In this document: positions 60,501 through 64,000 of the stretch, one piece after another
Layout of the letters: each line of letters begins with the position of its first letter
Numbering within the stretch: the stretch's first letter is position 1
Assembly (NCBI GenBank): GCA_002104905.1
Contig: MCFE01000468.1
Span: 5,947-69,946 of the forward strand
Direction: 5' to 3'
From: Basidiobolus meristosporus CBS 931.73
Lineage: Eukaryota; Fungi; Basidiobolomycota
Length of the DNA stretch: 64,000 nt
Position numbers and translations under genes: made by a program
Notes under the pieces: model-generated
What the model saw: the letters and a program-made list of their open reading frames with translations, nothing else
What the model was told of the DNA's origin: nothing
Database searches by the model: none

Positions 60501-63500
60501 AACTTGTCTAAGTACTCCTGAAAGACAGTCTGCATCAGCATCATGAATGTTGCAGGGGCATCAGTGAGGCCAAAACTCATGACTAAGTACTTGTAATGTC
60601 CATATCTGGTCCTGAATGCTGTCTTAGGGATATCTTCTGGTTTCACCCTACTCTGGTTGTATCCTGACATGAGGTCAGTCTTGCTGAAAATAGTGGCTCC
60701 ATTAAGTTGGTCCAAAAGCTCATCAATCCAGGGTATGGTGTACTTATTCTTGACAGTAACTAAGTTCAGGGCTCTGTAGTCAATGCACATCCTCAGTGTT
60801 CCATCCTTCTTTTTCACAAAAAGCACTGGTGCTCCCCAGGGTGACTTGCTGGGCCTGATGTATCCTTGCTCCAATAGCTGATCAATTTGTCTCTTCATTT
60901 CCTCCAATTCCAATGGACTCATTCTGTAAGGTGTCTTGCTCACTGGAGGGCTATCACCTGTGTCAATGGCATGATCCACATCTCTGACTGGTGGTAGGCT
61001 TACAAGCACATCTGGAGACAAGTCTTAATATTTCTTCAAGAGAGTCTGGACCTGCTGGGGTGCTGGGGTAGAGGAATCCTCCTGTAAAACCGCCGTGAGG
61101 AACATCTGAGTACCTTTTCTAAGCACTCTACAGAACTGGGTCTTGCTAAGTTCACTTGTCTCACACATACTGGAATTGACCAAGTTAAAATCCAGCCTGG
61201 CAGGTAATAGCTCATAGGTCTTGTTGTCTTTTTGGATCTGAGTAGCATGGGTTCTCCAGTTGACTGATGGATTACAACAAAATAGCCAGGTTTTTCCAAG
61301 TATAAGGTCAAACTTGCAGTTCCCAAATATATAGGCCTGTAGGTCTTCTTCATAGTCATTGATCTTCATTCTTACTGGCTGAGTAATACAGTTGAATATG
61401 TGAGAGTTCCCATCAGCTGTTGAGACTGAAGTTGATTTGGTAGGTTCCAAGTTGATCCCAGCTTTCAGAGCAAATTGCTCTGACATATACTCATGCAATG
61501 CTCTGAGTCAATCATGATCTTGGCAGGTACTACATTGATTACTCCATTCAAGTATAGTAGCTTTCCTGAGTTTGAGGTCATCTGGGATAGGTATTCTTCT
61601 GTCATGTGGAAGGTGAGTTCTGAGTCTTCTTCAAGTTCATCCTTCATGTTACTATGCTCCATGGCCTCAATATGGTTAAAGGTTCTTGATGTCTGGTGTC
61701 CATTTCTTCTCTGGGGGCAGTACTTTGCAATATGTTCTTGCTGGTGGCAATTGAAGCAAAGTCCTTTCTTCTTACATTCTTCCAAGGCAGGATTCTTCTG
61801 CATAGCGTCTATTTCCATTGGTACTGCTTCTGACTGTCTTCTTTCATAATGATTGTAGCCTTTCTGATTAGTCACTGTAGGCTTCCCAACTCCAAATATA
61901 GCTGAGTCATAGTCAATGGCAATCTTGATGGCTTCTTCAATAGTCTGAGGTCTTCAATAATTCACTTCCTTGCAAGTTCTTTCTTTCAACCCATCAATAA
62001 AGTATGCAACTTGATCCAGGGGGTCCATTCTTTCAATTTGTCCAAGTAGACATCTGTACTCATAGATGTATTCTTGAACCATTCCTTTCTGTCTGAGTGT
62101 CTTTAGCTTCCTTCTTAGTAGTGTCTGTTGGTGTGGAGGTTCAAAAGCATCCTGAATTTCCAACACAAACTCATCTCAGGTAGAGATTGTAGAGCATCCC
62201 ATCATAGTGGCTGACCTGATCTTGTTGTGGTACCACTGTAAAGCTGCATATGCCAGGTAAGAAGCTGCATAATGCAACTTGCTTTCTGGCGCAATTCCTT
62301 TAGCTTTAAAAGCTTCTTCAATCTGAAAGAGCCAAGTCCCCAGGTTTTCATTGACTCTGCCATGGTACCGGTTGACCTTCACACTAAAGTTGCTCTTAAC
62401 AGGGCTTTGCTGGTTCTGAGCTATGGTAGTCATTCCTTGTTGCTGTTGGCTGAGGATCTGAAGTAACTGTTGCTGTTGGGCCAGGATTTGCTGCATGGCA
62501 TTCTTCCATTCTTGATTGTCCAACATCTTGAGGGTGGTTTCTTCTCTCTTCAGGAGGGAGGTGACTGGTATTTGCTGCTACCAATATTACAAGTATTGGT
62601 ATAAGAGTTGTAGAGGAATAGGGAGTTTAGCAAGTATTGTATTCACTAATACTTGAGCTGATTTTTATTGAGGTTCCAGCAGCTCCTTATATACATTTTG
62701 CCAGATCAATTGCTGATTAATTGTATTTCCCAATGTAGGTTGTGGCTGATGACTCATTTGATTGCATCATCATCACCCAATAAGGTCCTACTTAATATAT
62801 CTATTTCTATCTGAGAAGGATCTGCTGATTCATATGCTGAGTAATGCTACTGATTTGATAGATAATACTGATATACTGATAACCTAAACTTAAGCTAATT
62901 GATTTGACTAAAAACTGATCTAACTTAAACATTTAAGCGGCAGATCATAACAGTGATACACTTATGGATAAATACTCCTACAGGGTCCACATACGGCTCC
63001 TAATGCTCCCAATGTGCTATTTGTAGAAAAGGCTTCAGAAGGCCACTTGATCAAATACATATCTGGCTCATCTAATCCTTGCACTTGTACTGTTGCATAG
63101 GCATATGAATGTTGATTGGAGCCTGTCAGATGTACTTAGGTTAGCAGATACTGTGTAATATCTTGCCAAATCTTTCACATTTCTGTGATATCTCAAAGTG
63201 CTCATTTAGCTTGAAATGCTCCATGTACAACTTAGTCATCAGTATAGGGATATTACTGAAAGGTAAATGCATAGCACCCAGTGGAAAGCTCTTGCTCCTA
63301 CAGATGACCTCTATCCTAAGTATCTCCAGCTTCTAATTAACTCTATATTCTGGCCAATGGCTTATAGCTAGCTAACTTTACTGTAATTGCATGCTGACTT
63401 CTGCGCATTCTCACTTGACATTTAGCACAACTAGCAGGGCTACCACCAAAAAAAGCCCTGTGGACAGTGTGCCCACTGAAGATCATGATGTTGACTACTC

Positions 63501-64000
63501 AGGCTCTCAGTCAAGTAGGCTAATGGCAATCTCTTCAGAGCTGTAAGCTGACCATACTGCTGATGCAGATGAGAATGTAGCAAAAGCAGTACCTTCAGTT
63601 AAAAACCAGGAAGTGGCCATCATAACATCACCACTGCCTGTAGAAGCAAGTATTTGATTCTTTCCCAAGTTTGTTCTTGTACAGGCAAAGATACTTTTCT
63701 GTCTTTGTAACTATTGACCACAGCTGCATTCTTATCAAGTCCCTGCTGAGGAGTTTACAGTTATTCTGGCTTTGGAAGCTTTAGTAAATTGTCATCTCAA
63801 AGGACGCTGAACCCAGCACATACTTTTGTTAAGATGTCAACTAAGTTGGGGATTGTAGCTCAATAGTTTTCCCTTGACAAGCTTGTGGCTTTATTCCCCT
63901 TCACATTAGATTAGAGACATAACCCAAGTATTCCTAGCAAGCTTTTGCCAGAGGTTATTGCACCCAGTGAACACCCTACACACAAAACACTTGAGAAGTG
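57545..64000 (-). mobile_element. Fragments of a second CACTA-like copy (57545-58490 and 62953-64000), split by the Gypsy insertion
   Basis: Nucleotide similarity to 35815-36935, 40225-40450 and 35405-35760. Confidence 0.7.
58491..62952 (-). mobile_element. Ty3/Gypsy retrotransposon with both LTRs (58491-58857, 62585-62952), TSD GTGA; RNase H region deleted
   Basis: PBS TGGTAGCAGC, PPT AGGGGAGAA, gag (62526-61465), protease, RT (60428-61021; YLDDIL), integrase (GHLG, ERWGIDF, ILSDRG) and GPF(KI) tail; GTGA on both sides. Confidence 0.93.

Noticed and set aside
15150-64000. RIP as the cause of TE decay
   Set aside because: CpA and TpG remain abundant while CpG is lost, which fits CpG methylation-deamination better than CpA-targeted RIP (judged by eye, not computed).

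Overview
Eukaryotic window, most likely from an early-diverging fungus (inferred from short GT-AG introns, gene families and TE types; not verified). It has two sharply different parts. (1) About 1-15.1 kb is gene-dense with normal CpG content: a PNPOx/Alr4036-type FMN-binding protein, a C2H2 transcription factor, a BTB/POZ protein, a bacterial RutG/UraA-like nucleobase permease, an HVA22/REEP protein, an Ecl1-like zinc protein, a secreted RNase T2 and a small hypothetical gene. (2) About 15.15-64 kb is a CpG-depleted nest of decayed transposons: Gypsy (one with a chromodomain), Copia, CACTA/EnSpm-like, solo LTRs and MITEs. The most unusual component is a PIF/Harbinger-superfamily (PHIS, DDE_Tnp_4) DNA transposon family with an A-N-T 3-bp target duplication. 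It carries a divergently transcribed, intron-containing accessory gene I cannot assign to a family. It also has non-autonomous ~733-bp foldback partners whose two arms carry mirrored copy-specific substitutions, and whose outer arm types are swapped relative to the central spacer between copies. Coordinates and alignments were done by eye; no database searches were run.
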